A stretch of 64,000 bases of DNA from Lingula anatina (Eukaryota; Animalia; Brachiopoda), in contig CM120640.1 of the NCBI GenBank assembly GCA_051362555.1, positions 50,260,788 to 50,324,787 of the forward strand, written 5' to 3'. Below, in pieces: positions 24,101 through 38,900 of this stretch. Positions within the stretch are counted from its first letter, which is position 1; the number at the start of each line of letters is the position of its first letter. A program made the translations under genes and the position numbers. Below the pieces are notes generated by a model that was given only the letters and a program-made list of their open reading frames with translations, was not told where the DNA came from and made no database searches.

Positions 24101-27100
24101 CAAAGAGGCGACACTTACGGTTCAAGAAAGTGAGAGCAAGACCCAGTGTAAAGAGTATCCTGGAACAGAGCAAGTTTAGTGATTACCAAAATCAACTTTA
24201 CAAAAGCATATGCAGCAAAAGAAAATTCACACAATAAAATAATATAAACCAAAATAAATACACTACACTAATGGCAAGTGCAATTTTTGGGCAAAGTAAT
24301 ATAATATCTATAACAAGTAAAGGAATTCAAATTACAACATATAAAAGGGGTACCCTTTAAATTCATAATCAGTATGACACATGAAATAATTATGAAGTGC
24401 AACATAACATAACACTTTTGAACTTACTTTTCCAAAAGGTTTGGTAGCCTAGGCAATTGCTGAATCCGTCTCCAGTACCAGATCATTATACCCAACACAA
24501 CTGGGAACACACAGGTTTTCATGATAAACCAGACTTGAGTGAAACCTCCGGTTTGGTGAATTACCTAACAAAAAATATATCACAGGCTATTAGATGTTTA
24601 ATACATATACCATAAGCCTGATCACTGGAAGTACCTTTATTTGAATTATATCGTGTTATTATGATGAAACTTCCCAACCCAGCATTGCTGGGCTCTTCAA
24701 TCTCTCAATGTAAACAAAATGATCACAACTTTCAAAAACAGTATTGAAAGTGTGTGTAAATAAATTAATGACCTACTCTAATTATATTATTACAAACTAG
24801 GATTTGTTAGAATGTCGGTTTATTTCAGACTGTTGGAATTTTTATTTATATGAAGTTAACATTTCTAACAATAATAATAATAACAAAAAATGCTAATATA
24901 TGTTTACAAATTGATCTTACATGCATCCAAATATCTTCCACCTTTCCAATGCCCCAGTTCTTTGCAGAATTGTTATGAACTGGTATGCGGATGTTCACCA
25001 AATAGTCTTCATAATATACACTGCCCAGCTCAAAGAAGGCAGTCATATTGCAGTCATAGTAATCATTTTCTTTCTTCTGAAAAAAAGAAAAGAAAATTTG
25101 AGAAAATCAATAAGGCAAAAAAATGACAGAAATAAGCAAACCTGCTATTCTTCATCTAAAAATAAATTATGCATATGTAGATTTTAATCTTGCCTAGCCA
25201 GATTTTAATTTGGCCTCAGCCATATTGAAACTGTAATATGGGTCGATGTAATATCAGCCTTGGTCAAATTAAAATCTGAATGAACTTTAATTTGTTCTAG
25301 GTCGATTTAAAATCTGACTTGATTGCAATCTTGCTTACGACACACACACGTCAAATTATTTTATAAAAAATCACACAGTGAATGTTTACATCAATTGTTG
25401 AGGATTAAAATTCAAATTTCTCTATTCTAAATACTTTTAAAATTGCTAAATTGATAAGGAAGTTATGTTACATTACCTGTGTATAGGCAGTACCTACCTC
25501 ACCAAGGTGGCAATCAAGTTTTCTCTGCTCATTGGATCTGGCTATTTCAATCCAATCACTATTTCCACTTCTGGCTGCTATTCTGGAATCCATATCTATC
25601 ACAGCATTTTCCACTGAAAAAAATTATTAAGTAAAAGCTTAATATAAGAAAAAGCTGTTCTGGCAATATTAAGAAAAATAATTTGAAATTCATTTTACAC
25701 ATCCATCACTTTACAAAGGGACTACTTCAAGAACAGTTTTTTACAAGTTACCATGGCAAAAAATAATATAATAAATACTAACCCATGGGATTGTTCTCTT
25801 TGTATTTGATCTCAAAGCCCAACACAGCAATCATATATTGAAACCATTTATTCATTTTTAATTCTTTTCCTTCTCTTGGGATTGGAAATTGAAAAGCAAA
25901 CACAATCTGGTTGGCCCCAATCTCATCTTCTTCAATCTTCTGGTCTTCAAAGGTGCTGACTGAAGTGCAGCTTCCCGATCCCCGAGGCCAAAATAACTTG
26001 TGTTTGTGGTTATGGCCGCCATGTTTGTGCTCATCTATACACTTGGTGGCAAGTAACTGCTGCACATGATGGGGTGACGGTGCTAAATGGAGAAAAAATG
26101 AATTTATCAGGAAATGATGGTAAAATCAATAGTCAGCAAAAAATGAAAATGTCAGACATTTTTGGATGCTCAATGTCAAACATATTATATTCCTAATCCA
26201 CTCACCATATATTCCCCAAAAGCAGTTTCTTTATTGGCAGGCACCCAATCAATTCATCATGATCTTTTTTTTTTCACTTACACTGTATACCGAACAGTTC
26301 TTTACCTCAATGCCATGTAAAACTATACATTATTTAATCACATAATATGTTGCAATAAGACAAAAAGCCTGTGTGCTACCAGTATTGATGTCAAAGATAT
26401 TTTCAAAAAGATCTATTCCTGCTTCAGCCACCTATGTAGATTGCATGCTTACGCCAAATTGACATCAGAAATTGGCAACATTTCAATCAATGACTTCAGG
26501 ATAAAAAAATAACTAAGGTACAACATCATGATTTATATGGTGCAGTTTTATTCAGCAGACGATTTGCCCATAGAAGTAGACACATTTTTATTCAACATAA
26601 ATTAAAAAAATGATTTAGTTAACAACCACTTAAGAAGAATCAGTACATTCACCATAACTTACATTCTATTATTCAAACAAACCAGTAATTGTATAACGTG
26701 TATTACATTAAGTTAAGTAAATAAAACAAAATGAACATACTGATTCATTTCACTAAAACAGCAGATTTGTCAAGTTGAATTTAACTAATTTTTACTGAAA
26801 GTGAACCAGTACAGTCATATACTTTGGGGTTTCCTTTTCCCTCAAAACTCTCTCAGTTAAGAGCCTCAATCACCTTGATGCTAACTCTAAAATTACCTTC
26901 CCTAACAACAAAAGATCTTGGATAAGAAAGGGCTTCACATCTATGAGTGTTTGATAAACCTGGAGGCAACATTAAATTGGGAACAATATTGAATGCTATT
27001 ATTTAGAGCAGGATCAGGTGACTAGATCAAAGGATGCACAATATAGTGCATATTAAACCTGAAAATATACAGTGGGGTTGGTTGTTTTATATGAGGCCAT

Positions 27101-28197
27101 ATCTATTGGACCAGGTCATAAAGATTGCAAGGCTTTGCAATACTTTTATAACTTGAAATAGATGTCCTAACTGCTAGTTTGAATAATGGACAACATGAAA
27201 AAGTAATGCTCATCATCTGGAAATATTATAAATAAAATGGTCATTTCATAACACTCAGCACTTATTTTAGTCCTTGCTCATTCTACATTATATACCACAG
27301 ATACAACATATATAAAATAATATTCCAATCAGTAAAAGCTGTACATACACTGTACATCTACAACTGATTAGTGAAAATACCTTAGTTTTATCATAACTTG
27401 AGAACCACTTTAATTTCTTATTTGCAGTCTAATAAGAGATCATTCCACATGATAATTATCATTCTCAAAAGAAAAAAGTCAATTAAATCTTTTTCAATTT
27501 ATCAGAAAATATGTGCCAATGGCTATAAGCATAAATTATCTCTAGCACAGAACAATCAAGCTATTAAAACTGAAATAAATGCCCACTTTAAATTATTTGT
27601 GAGGTCTGAGTCTACAACCTGAAACATCTACATGTGAAGAGCCGAATGCTGAATTTCTAGTATACTTATGCCTGCAACCAAATTATAGTTTCATATCTTA
27701 CTTAAATTACACTGACAAGGGATGAATTCTGGGAGGCCGATACATATTACTAGTATTTGAAAGTCATCTTTTTTATTACGTCAAATACAGCAATCTGCTA
27801 TTTGATTTTTGAAGACTGCCCCAATGCCAGTTAACAACTACTAGCTTTTTAATCTACTGGTTAGAGTGGGACCTGGGACTGAACCGAGACCAAACTACAT
27901 AGCACAGTGAAACCCCTGAATCGGCAAAAACACGATTCAGTAAGAATTGTGGAACCTACTTTTAGAAATCAGCTATGCTGGAAACATAATCCCTTAGCAT
28001 CGATACGTATGTGTGAGTCTAATTAAACAGCGAACAAATTCAATTTTAAAAGATCTAAGGAATGACTAAAGCAAAGCAATCTTCCACTTACCTATCTTCC
28101 CTCCAATCAAGAAGAAACCAATCTGACATATCAACAATACAATGCTAAGTGCAATGAGTTTCTTCCAACTAAGTGTTTCGAGAACAACCCCTGCCAT
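21154..28197 (-). CDS. wls: Wntless (Evi/GPR177) Wnt secretion factor, about 13 exons
   Basis: Starts [14 protein letters not shown]. Includes [93 protein letters not shown]. Ends ARKATVD*. Confidence 0.97.
22585..22781 (-). other. U12-type (minor spliceosome) GT-AG intron in wls
   Basis: 5' splice site GTATCCTTT and branch site TGCCTTAAC about 12 nt before the AG; the flanking exons join in frame. Confidence 0.88.
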
Positions 28198-29432
28198 CTA
28201 CAATGTCGTTCGCCGTCCAGAGATAGCTCAGAAAACTGTTGTGACGATTCTCTGGTAAGAAAATTGAGATATTAACACTGTATTTTGTTTCACTTCACGC
28301 CGTCTCTGTTCACAACTGCATGACTTACAGGCAGTGCTTCCTAATATATGCCCTAGCGCAAGCGCAATGTTGTTGATGGATAATATAATTAAGAAAAGTA
28401 ACATATATTTATGGTCTTGATTCTATCGAAAAATCATCAAATTAGGCTTGAAGCCATATTAAACTTTTCATGTATAATATATGGCTTCTATACCGAACAA
28501 AAACAATCACCATACAAATGTTTACTTGCTAATGCCTTTACGAAATTGGACGAGTCTAAACAGAAGTGCTATGGGGGTTGTTTAGAAAGTTGTAAAACTG
28601 AAATTGTAGCATCTCGCTAAGGGCACATTGAATCTTGCTAAGACGAGTATTTCAATGATTCTAACTGATAGCAGATACATAATATTTACTTCTTATATAG
28701 ATTGTTTGTAAAGTTTCCTGGTGTTTTAAACCTGTTTACCCTAACTTCGTAAAAATTTAAAGCGGACATTTTGAATGTCAGAAACTAGGCGCTGTGTACT
28801 CTAAATAGAAACTGTGCACTTACAGAGGGTAAATCATTACGTAATTTCTTCTTTAAACGATGCTTGATTATATGCTCTTTATTTAGAAGTTGTTTAACAG
28901 TTAGCCTACAATTTTTCACACATACACCTTTCCTCTTGCATCGACGTGAGGATCTTGGAAACTGCCCAGCTTTCTGGATAAGTCTAAAAAAAATTTAATT
29001 AAATTAGTTTAAAGATTCTAAACTGATTTTGGTGTTAAATTTCATCACGGTAGACTAGTGTGGTGCATGTATTCTAAAGTCGATTTGTGGTTTTTGAAAT
29101 CATAAACGGATCATGCCTTTCATGGTGACAGCCGGGGGTGCCATGAAGGCATGATAAGAATGAGAGTGCGTAAATCTAATAGCAGTTATACAAGACAAAC
29201 ATAAAAAGTAGATAAAGATAAAAAGATTAAATAAATTATGTACACAAGATGTAGGCAGGGTTCAATATAAATGATATAACTATCTCATATTTTTTAAAAT
29301 TCTATAGGGTAACGGTAACTCTATTACACAACAGCAGTAATATTGCAATTGGGAGGTGAGTTGTAATGTCTGAATATTCAGAAATGGGAGATTAAAAAAA
29401 AAAAAAACTGTGTGTTTTAGGATGATAATAGA
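28198..29432. promoter_or_regulatory. Divergent promoter region between wls and SYCE2
   Basis: Head-to-head start codons about 1.2 kb apart, locally CpG-retaining sequence, and a gcgcaagcgca motif at about 28356. Confidence 0.5.
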
Positions 29433-30627
29433 ATGAACACTGCAAAGAACAGAGCATTGTCCATCTTAGCGAGAGAGGCTGATACTGCAGAAAGCTCTCA
29501 AATGTCACAAAGGTAAGTATTAGTCGACTAGACAGCAAAAGATTTTATGAACTTTATTTATTTCAGTTATGTTTGAATGACTAATGTATGTAGTATTTTG
29601 CATTTACTAACATTATGTCCGAAATAGATATTCTGTGTGCTTCATATTATGTCTACTAGTAAATTATAAGTTGAAAATATTCTTTAAGTATATGGTATGT
29701 AGAGCTTCTTGGAATACTCTTAACTGTATGGGAATTTTTTTTCTTCTGAAGGAGAAAGATTTGAAAAAGAAAATCTAAATAATGCTTAATATTAGCTTTG
29801 TCCGTTTCTATTCAAAATTATACTAGTAGGAATACATACTCAATTTTTTTACTTTTTTCCAATTGACATTCTTAAGTGTCCATCCAGAGTCAGCATCTCA
29901 ACCACAGGTTTCCCCTGCAGAACAAGTGATGAATAAGAGAAGACATACTGAAACCCACATTCAAACACAATTTAGCAGCCACGAGAGCTTGAATTCTGCA
30001 GCTGAACAGCTGATAAATGACATAAATATGAAGAGAAAAGAGAACACACAGATGATAATTGAATTTAAGGATAGCTTGGATGTGCAGGTGAGTACTTAAA
30101 ATACACACAGGAATTAGATTTTGCATTTCACCTTTGGTTTTTGAAAAAATGTCTAATGAAAATATGAGACTAATACAGACTAATGCATTTACTGTTTCAC
30201 AGTTCACCTGGGATTTTTTGTTTGTAGAATCGGGCTTAATACCAGTTTAATATATGTATTTTTTTCCAAGAATCCATAATATCTCTTAATCAATTTAATG
30301 AAACCATATTTAATCTAATTAATAGCTTATTTTCCTTTTTGGGTAGTACATGTTAGAAATTCTATCTGAACAGTTACAAAATCTTCTTAAATTGCTCAAA
30401 GTAACAGATGGTGTTACAGTTCATTAATTTTGTTATTGAAGGTGCAGCATACTTGTAGAGAGGTTGAAAAAAGAATGTTTGATGTGTACGAAGAGCAAGG
30501 AAAAATTCTGCAAGTAAAATTGCAAAACCTTTTCATCATTCTTGACCGAATATCCAAACTGGAAATGGAACTGAAACAATTTAGAAGAGCACTGGGAATG
30601 TTGTATCAGGAAGTAGTGACAGACTGA
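29433..30627 (+). CDS. SYCE2: Synaptonemal complex central element protein 2-like; exons 29433-29512, 29877-30087, 30442-30627 (an additional 5' coding exon is possible)
   Basis: Coiled coil AEQLINDINMKRKENTQMIIEFKDSL..VEKRMFDVYEEQGKILQVKLQ...ISKLEMELKQ matches the SYCE2 core pattern as I recall it. Intron phases are compatible. Confidence 0.8.
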
Positions 30628-31719
30628 CAAAGCAATGATGTTTCATCTGTACAACATAAGTATGGGATGGTGGATAAGGGAATACTGAAACTGTTATAGT
30701 AATTAACCCAAAAGGAAAAATTAATCCAACTCAAGATGCTACTTTGTAGAAATTAATAATTGCATCGTTTGCTTTTTTTCATTTTTTGACAAAACAAAAA
30801 CTTACAGTTTAAATAACTTTGTGTATCCAAGTTGAAAAAGTGATATCTTTTTTCTTTCCAAATGTACATGATGTAATTGACTTTTGACTTTCAAAAGGGT
30901 TCTAATAGTTTAGAATTATTGATGAGATTTAAATTCTTAATAAAACTGTTCAGCATACTACAGAGAAAATTTAAGCTATTTGTTGATGTTTTGTTTCTGG
31001 CCTTATTATTTTTTTTCTCTAATTCCCTAGAAAATTTTATCAAGCATTGTTTGGCCATTTTAATCTTGTAAGGAAGCAGGTGTACAGGCAGAACTTTATT
31101 TATGTTTATAGCCTGAAGAAGTTAAATGTTTCACACACAAGAAAAAGTTAAAAATAAAAAACTACATGTTACTGAAACTGGATTTCAAATTTCATTATAT
31201 AGCAGCATCAGTTACTTTCAGTATTATACTCGTTATCTAACCAAAAAATAAATGTCAAATGTTTGTTGAGTTTTAAAGCTGATGTAGGGATGATATTTTA
31301 AACATGGTTTCCACCCATTTCTGTACTTTAGCCTCCCAAGGAAATTTTTTTTTTTTTGCTATGATCATAAAAAAAAGAAAAAAAGAAAGAAATATATATA
31401 TATATCAATTATTTTTTTGTGTTTATGTTAAATGGAGTAAATTTTTTAGATGTAAAATTTCCCAATCATTTTAATGAGGTATAACTGATGATCTACAGGA
31501 TTCTTATAATTGAAATGAATAACAAATCTGTAGTTCACTCTGCAATTGGCTTTATTGATGATAAGCATCTTCAGCATGATTTTATAAGTAATACTTTTAC
31601 ACAATAGGTTTCACATAGGAAGTACACTAAATGGCTTTAAAACACTTACAACAGATTTAATATATGAAAACTAAATTTGTCAATTTTGATAAACAACTGT
31701 AGTGACTTGTATCAAAGTT

Positions 31720-31767
<48 letters not shown>

Positions 31768-31979
31768 TGGGGTTCTTACAAAGGATACATTGATTTCATC
31801 AGAAAAGGACAATTTGAATTGTTTCACTTTCATCATATTCTATCCAGTGTAAGAAAATGGTAATATTTATCTGTTATTGAATACGAAGCAGTCATTATCA
31901 GAATTATATCTGCAAAAGCAATGTTCCATTAATCATAGTTCCATAATCATAAAGTTCTTCTTTGCCTGATCTACCATAT

Positions 31980-32891
31980 TTAAATCTGACAGTCCTCTGG
32001 GTATTCTACTTCCTTGCGCATGTGCTCAGGCTTGGTGATGAGCTCCTTCAGTGGTCTTTTGTTGATGTCAGCATCCATCTGTTTGGTTGAGACAGCATTA
32101 GCAGGCAGGCAGTGGTAAGGGAGTTGCTCGCGCTGGATGCCAACTTTCTTGCAGGCTGCAGGGCACTGCCTGACTGGTCTCAGAGAGAAGCAGATTTCCT
32201 GTTGGCCTCTGTACTCTCTGGTTTCTTTCTTGTTACGGAATATTGGTTTGCATGCTGAGGAAATGAAAAATGCAAAACCAAATGACAAACCAGTGAAACT
32301 TTCCATAAGAATAATAATTACAAAATAATTTTTCAAATTGAAAATTGCAGATGTTAGCTTGAGAACCTGTTTATAATTCAAAAATATATATCAAACTGCA
32401 ATGTTTAGTTAAATAAGGAAAAGAACATAAAAAAAAACTTTTACTTTGTACAAGGCCTTTTTTTGCAAAACAACTCTGATATTTATCTGTAGCATTATCC
32501 AAGAGTTGTAAAATCCCACACTGGTAAGAATCCCATAAAAATACCTTATTCTACAAACCTGGTACTTTTGCCTTGATCTGCTTGTTGCTCTTGAGGCTTT
32601 CAATCATTTCAGCTGGACATCTAGAACTTGGAATCAAATAGCTGTAGGCAAAATGTTCTGGGTTATCGTAGCGCTCCTTGCGTGGGCCCTCTAGATCATC
32701 TTTGGTCTGGCCATTCATGTTACCACACAAACCACATGTCTTACCACGGTACACAGCTGGGTTGTTCTTAAAATGAAAAAAGCAAGCAATGTTAAATATA
32801 TAAAACATCTTACTTTAATTATCCTTGAAAGTGAATAATTCATCCTGCATGAAATTGAAAAAAAAAAAAGAAGATAAATTATTCAGTTTTG

Positions 32892-32930
<39 letters not shown>

Positions 32931-35900
32931 AAAAATTGCATCCATGGCTGTAGATTCTTTTTATCAAAAGAAGACCTGTGTGACTCAAAAGCTTGATTTA
33001 AATAGTTACACGAGGAAGATTTCTATAATATTGATACAAAATTATCAACAGTTTTAAAAATATCAGAAACTGCAAGAAAAAAAGAGGAGAGGAGAAGAAG
33101 AGAGGTAGAGAGGCAGAAAAGATTAAACAACAATCTTATCAAATTGTACCTGTACTTTGACTGTCGCCAAGTCTGTCTGAACAGACAGGCCCAGTTCTTG
33201 GCAACTAATCACATAAAGGTTTGCCGTCTTGCGTACTGTAGCAATAATAGGACTGCTGGAAAATTATGAATGGTACCATGTAATGAGGCACTTCAGATGA
33301 ATAATCAAATATCACAGATTTAACACAATATTACTGTGTTAAGTTTCCAACAAAATTTTGTGTTATGAAAATATTGCTTACTGATGCAGAAAAAATACAC
33401 AATAAGAGATCAGTGCCAATGCTAAAAGTGTATTTTTTTTCCAGATGCCAAAGGTGTACCTGGGACTTTCTGCCTCACGAATCTTCAGCTCTCCAGATGG
33501 AGGGACTGCCTTTTTGGCACCATTTACTATAATTTCAGCAGATTTTCCCTGAGGTGTCAGCTGGATATTAACTTTCTTCTTAAGGGCAATTCTAATACCC
33601 TGATTGAAAGAGAAAATTCAAATGCATTACAAATGTACATAATGGAAAGATGCGAATTATTATACCCCAGAACAAGACATCTGAATGATTCCAAACAAAC
33701 ATTAACTGAGAAGAACAATATATCAAACAACTGTGTAAATGTGCCATACTTGTTGTTAGAGAAAATTGATAAGTGACAGAATGAAACAATTTTGCTATTA
33801 TATTACAGTATGTTATTTAAAATGTCCTTACTATTTGGTCATTGGCTTTATTACTCTCCAAAATGACCATAAAGCTTTCTCTTGGGGAGCAGTCCTTGGA
33901 CAGCAACACATCGCAAGGAGCTTTGGGTAATTTGGAAGCAATTCCATCATAGGTTTTCACAGTGCCCCCTTGAACTTTGCAGACAGCTATAAATGTAAAA
34001 TAATTTCTTCAACAATGTGCACTTCAAATTTTACCAGGCAGCACATGCTACCAAATGGGCAGACACACATATTGTAATAACATGTCAAAATAATAATAAT
34101 AATAATAATTCATTAAGCACAAAGAAATGGTTTACATTTACAGGCTCTCTAACTGATACAAATATTAAAAGAATAATTTGAGTAGTAAACTATGCTCATC
34201 CACGCAGGGATACACGCTTTCTAATTGCACTGTACAAATTTACATATGGCAATCACACTCTGCACAGAGAGTGGATTGAGTAAAATAGATAGTTTATTGT
34301 CTGTTGGACCCTGCAAATTCACCTCCGGTATGGAAGCGAACAGTATTTCCCGTTCGACTCTGTGTTCACTGCAAAATGGTTTCAACAATAACATAAAAAA
34401 AAACTGGTGAATATTAACGGATACAAACTGACACAAAATGGAAATTTGTAGAAAAGTTTAAATTCATGGAAAACTATTCAATTTAACAATTTTTTACGTA
34501 AGTAATTTTGATGATAGTAATTATGTTTTTATTTATCCAATTAGTGATGAATGAGGAAAACACAAAATATAATTTTTGGCAATTTTAACATATGATTACA
34601 CAATGTGTGATTGCGTAATCACCAGTTTTAATAATGGACTAGTATTATTGTTGACATTCAAAAAATGTGAATAGGACAGCCTTATATAAACACATGGATA
34701 TAAACTATCACTTGGAAAATGCAAATGTGAGTAAAAAAAAAAAAAAGGACAGGACAACTCTGAGTAAAATGTTCTAATTAATCCAGCTGATTTTCAAATG
34801 TGAGCTGAGTTAAAGTGCAGTAAAGCATTCCTATTAAGTTATATATATTTGCAGTCATTACAACTTACCAGGTAGTTTGCCACCACTTGCTTGCTGCAAA
34901 GTTGCCTCAACAATAGGGGTGGTGAGGGAGACAGTGGGCAGAGCAAAGGGGAGAGGGATGCTTTGGAATGTAGAAATCTCAGTGGGAGTCTGGCATCTTA
35001 CAGCAATCTGGGGCTGAGAAAATATGAAATAATTGGGTTTAAATGGTATAGTTAAGTGACAGATAGGGAAATGTTCAAGATTTTAATCATATGTTTTAAG
35101 ATAGTGCAAATGATAAATACACTCTAGTGTACCTTTTCCTTACCTGGTTTGGACTTCCTATACTTGTAGCCTGGATTCTGATTTTGTTTGGCTGGTTGTT
35201 AACATCAATGTCCTCCACACTCAGACGGCTGTACTGCTGGTATTTAGCATAGCGGTAGGCACTGGAGATGGCTGCTCTAAACCAATAGGGAAGCTAAAAA
35301 GAATCCATCAGAAATATGCGTTAACAAAATTTGCTGTGATGTGATAAATACAAATTAGATGTTAACTGTAAATTTTAAAGAAAAAAAAAAGAAACATAAG
35401 ACTAATTTAATGGAATAATTTTTCTCTTCCTGTATTTTATGATATATTTCAGCATTGTAAGGCAAGTCTTTACGAAATCACTCCTACATGTACCTGCTGG
35501 TATTGGATCAACACATCCCACTGTTGCAGCCTAGCAGCCTCCTGTCTCAGTCTCTCACACGCCACTGCTCTCTCATATGTGATGTTTTGTGCACGTGATG
35601 AAGGGTTGGCCCAGTCAGCAGCTTGCCCACCAGATTGCCTGGCATACTTGTTACGGTATGTCTGTTGATGCTGGGGGGCACTAGCAGGCTGCCCCTGGGG
35701 ATTTCCTTGACACTGTTCCCTCAGCTGCTGTATCTGTTCACTCTCTTGTTGAATCTGCCCACTGCCTTTGCCTGCTAGAGCCTGGATCAGAAAATAAGAT
35801 TATGTATGTCTCCATGTGAATTGATACGGAAAACTGAGTGTTGGGTTACCTTCCAATATATCGCTACAAACCACATACAAATCAGAAAATATAATTTATT

Positions 35901-38900
35901 GACATTAATTAACTTAACATTAATCTCTACTATAAAAGACATAGATCATTTTAAAGAAGTCATCTAAAATACAACATGACAAATTAGCCATTAATAAAGA
36001 ATCTTATTAGCTGAAACAAATCAGAATGTCGCTGTTTCACCACTTGCCTTGATAGCAATCTGTGGGTTGCTGCACTGTCTGCCCCATGCCACAGTGACTC
36101 CTGCATCAACAACCTTCTGAGACTGAGGGACCTGGGCGATTGCCACATTGTCAGGGAGTCTGGGATAGCTCACTTGACCATCAACACATGCCTAAAAGAG
36201 TAATTTTTTAAAATTTTTTAAAAAAATATTTCTTCATTTCTGATAAAGAATTGACATGTTAATAAATGTGGATTTTATTGAAACTTTAATATTCCAGCTC
36301 AAATAGTATTACTGAAAAGCTGCTGAACAGGACTTTTAGTGTTATCTTTATTACCTATCTTTGTTTATTACCTATCGTTGTCTAACAATTTATAAAAAAT
36401 ATCTGAATTATCTATCACTGATTGAAAAATAAATATTTAACTACAAAAATTCACAGTGTTATATATTTCTGCTAAAGAACTTTAAAAAGCAAAAAAGATG
36501 CTGTTCATCAACTCTGGGCCATTGAAAAAATTGTTCAAATGCACATACACAAATTGACAGTTGTTTTCAAATGGCATGAGAAACTTACCCTCCATGGGTA
36601 CTCCACAACACCTGGGATAGGAGTAGGGACAATCACATGCGCACTCACTTTGCTACGCTGAGACTCTTGGTCACGTGTATAGGCCAAACTGACCTTAGCC
36701 TGGCGAGGCTGACTTCCTCCTTGAGCTGTGTTAGAAACATTGTAAAAGAAGTTAGACAAAATCACAAATATTAAATCTTTAACAATAAGAAAAAACTAAA
36801 CACCTGTTTAGAAAATTTTATATAAAATGCTGTAAAGAAATTAACAGGATAGGTTAATTGTAAATGTTATGCAACTTACATGTACTTCCGATGCACCTAC
36901 TTGTAGGTGACTGTAAATGAGTGACTATGTACATGTATGTAATGGTTTTAATGGCTGTTGTATCACTTTTTCATCTTTCTTTTTTTAAATCTCACTCTTG
37001 TGTGTGCCCAAACTATAACTAGTGTATTTCTGTAGAATGAAAATAAATATATTACATTGCACAGCAAACAAGATCTGAGTGCGTTCATATGGACCAGCAG
37101 GCTGTGGCCCATAGGCAGGGCTGGAATATCCAATCTTTGAGCTTTCTTCTTCCTCCTGACCACCAAAACCAAAGTAGCTCCAGAAGCCTCCCTCAGATGC
37201 TCCATCTTGTTGTTGCTCGGTATAAGGTGGGCTTCCACCTGCAACCGATCCACCTCCCTGTTGTCTGCCAGGAACTGGGCTGATTTTCACGGACAGTGGT
37301 TCATTAATTTCACTTACTTGCTGTCTCCTGTTGAAGTATGGAAAAAAATTAGAAAATCATTCTAATATTAAAGGTGGGACAAAACTTGACCACAGAATTT
37401 AACTACAAACTTATCATATTTAAAGCATGAAAAGACATATTTTTACTTCTTCAACTGAGAATATACTTTGGTTCAAACTCACCTGTATTCGAAGGTAATC
37501 TGGTAAGCCTGTGCTGCATTACCTGCAGGTCGAACCTTGACCTGCAGATTTTGCTTGCCTACCAGTGGGTGGAATGGGGCAAAAGGAGCACCAGTGCGAT
37601 TTACATACTGGGCAAAAATCTCAAATTCAACACCAAGACCTTCACCGCCATATCTGTATCTTCTCTAGAAGAACAGAAGACATTAATTTAATTATTATAT
37701 TTTCTGTTTAATCTCCACAAACATGCTGACTTACTCAACCTTTATTACATTTTGCTGATATTATATATACTTATTCATGGAAAAATATGTCATGGAATTT
37801 TTTTAAAAGTTGCGTCACATCTTTTATTAGGTCTTTGTGCAAATACACCATTCCTTCAATTCCATGATTGATCTGCTTTGCAAGTTTAGGCTCCCAGAAT
37901 ACTTCTATTAAGTGCAGAGTAAAAGTTAGTGAAATCAAAACAATTCTATTTCATCCAGTTTCAATATTCTCCTACCTGTTGTGGAACATTGACCTCCTGT
38001 CCTGTGATCTCTATGCATTGTTCCTGTGCAGGCTGGGACGGCTGGCCAGGGACATCTCTCCAGCAGGTCATGGGGACAGCAGTGGCACCCACAAGTGTCA
38101 CCTCCTGGATACAATAGGGTGCAAAATTTATTTCAAAATGTAATTCAGCAGCTGAAGTTCTATTTGAACTGAAGATCTTACATGTGCTTAGGAATATGCA
38201 GTATATGTAGTTGTGCTAAAAGAATGTTTACTATCAAAAGATTATATGTCAAATAATTTGGATAAATATTCAGTGTTAAGCTGCAAAAGCTTGTGATGTG
38301 ATACAATTGATATAATATATAATGAAATAATATAATGATATAATCTATAACTAAGAGAGCAAAACGTTCAGAAGTGATGTTTGATGTGTTTATGCAACTA
38401 GTATGTAAAATCCAATTCATACACATTTTTATAATGATGATTTATTGATGAATTTACACCATCTTGTTTCCCAGTTTCCTAAAGTAAAACTAACCTGTTG
38501 TGGAGCATGGATCTGAGCAGTAAGCTGGCTGGTCTTGGTGTAGTACTGGGCATTGCCACGAATGGCCTGTCCAGAGCTGACGCGCAACTTGGCAGCAGCA
38601 GAGGCAGTAAACAAAACACCATCACAACCCATACGGTAGGTCTTCTCAAAAGCAATTCTACAAATAAATTTATTTACATATATTGTGCAAAATGTGGCGA
38701 AAAATGAAACAAATACAAAGAATCTTCAGGGCCAAAGAATCATGTTCTCTAATATTTATGTTCAACAGTGTTACATTCACTTTTATGAACCTCTATCATG
38801 CCACAAAACTTTCAAATTATAACTGTCCTTTTGATGTAAGATCTAATTTACCTTGGTGTCAGACTTGCTTCAATGTTGATAACATCAGGGATCAGGCTTC

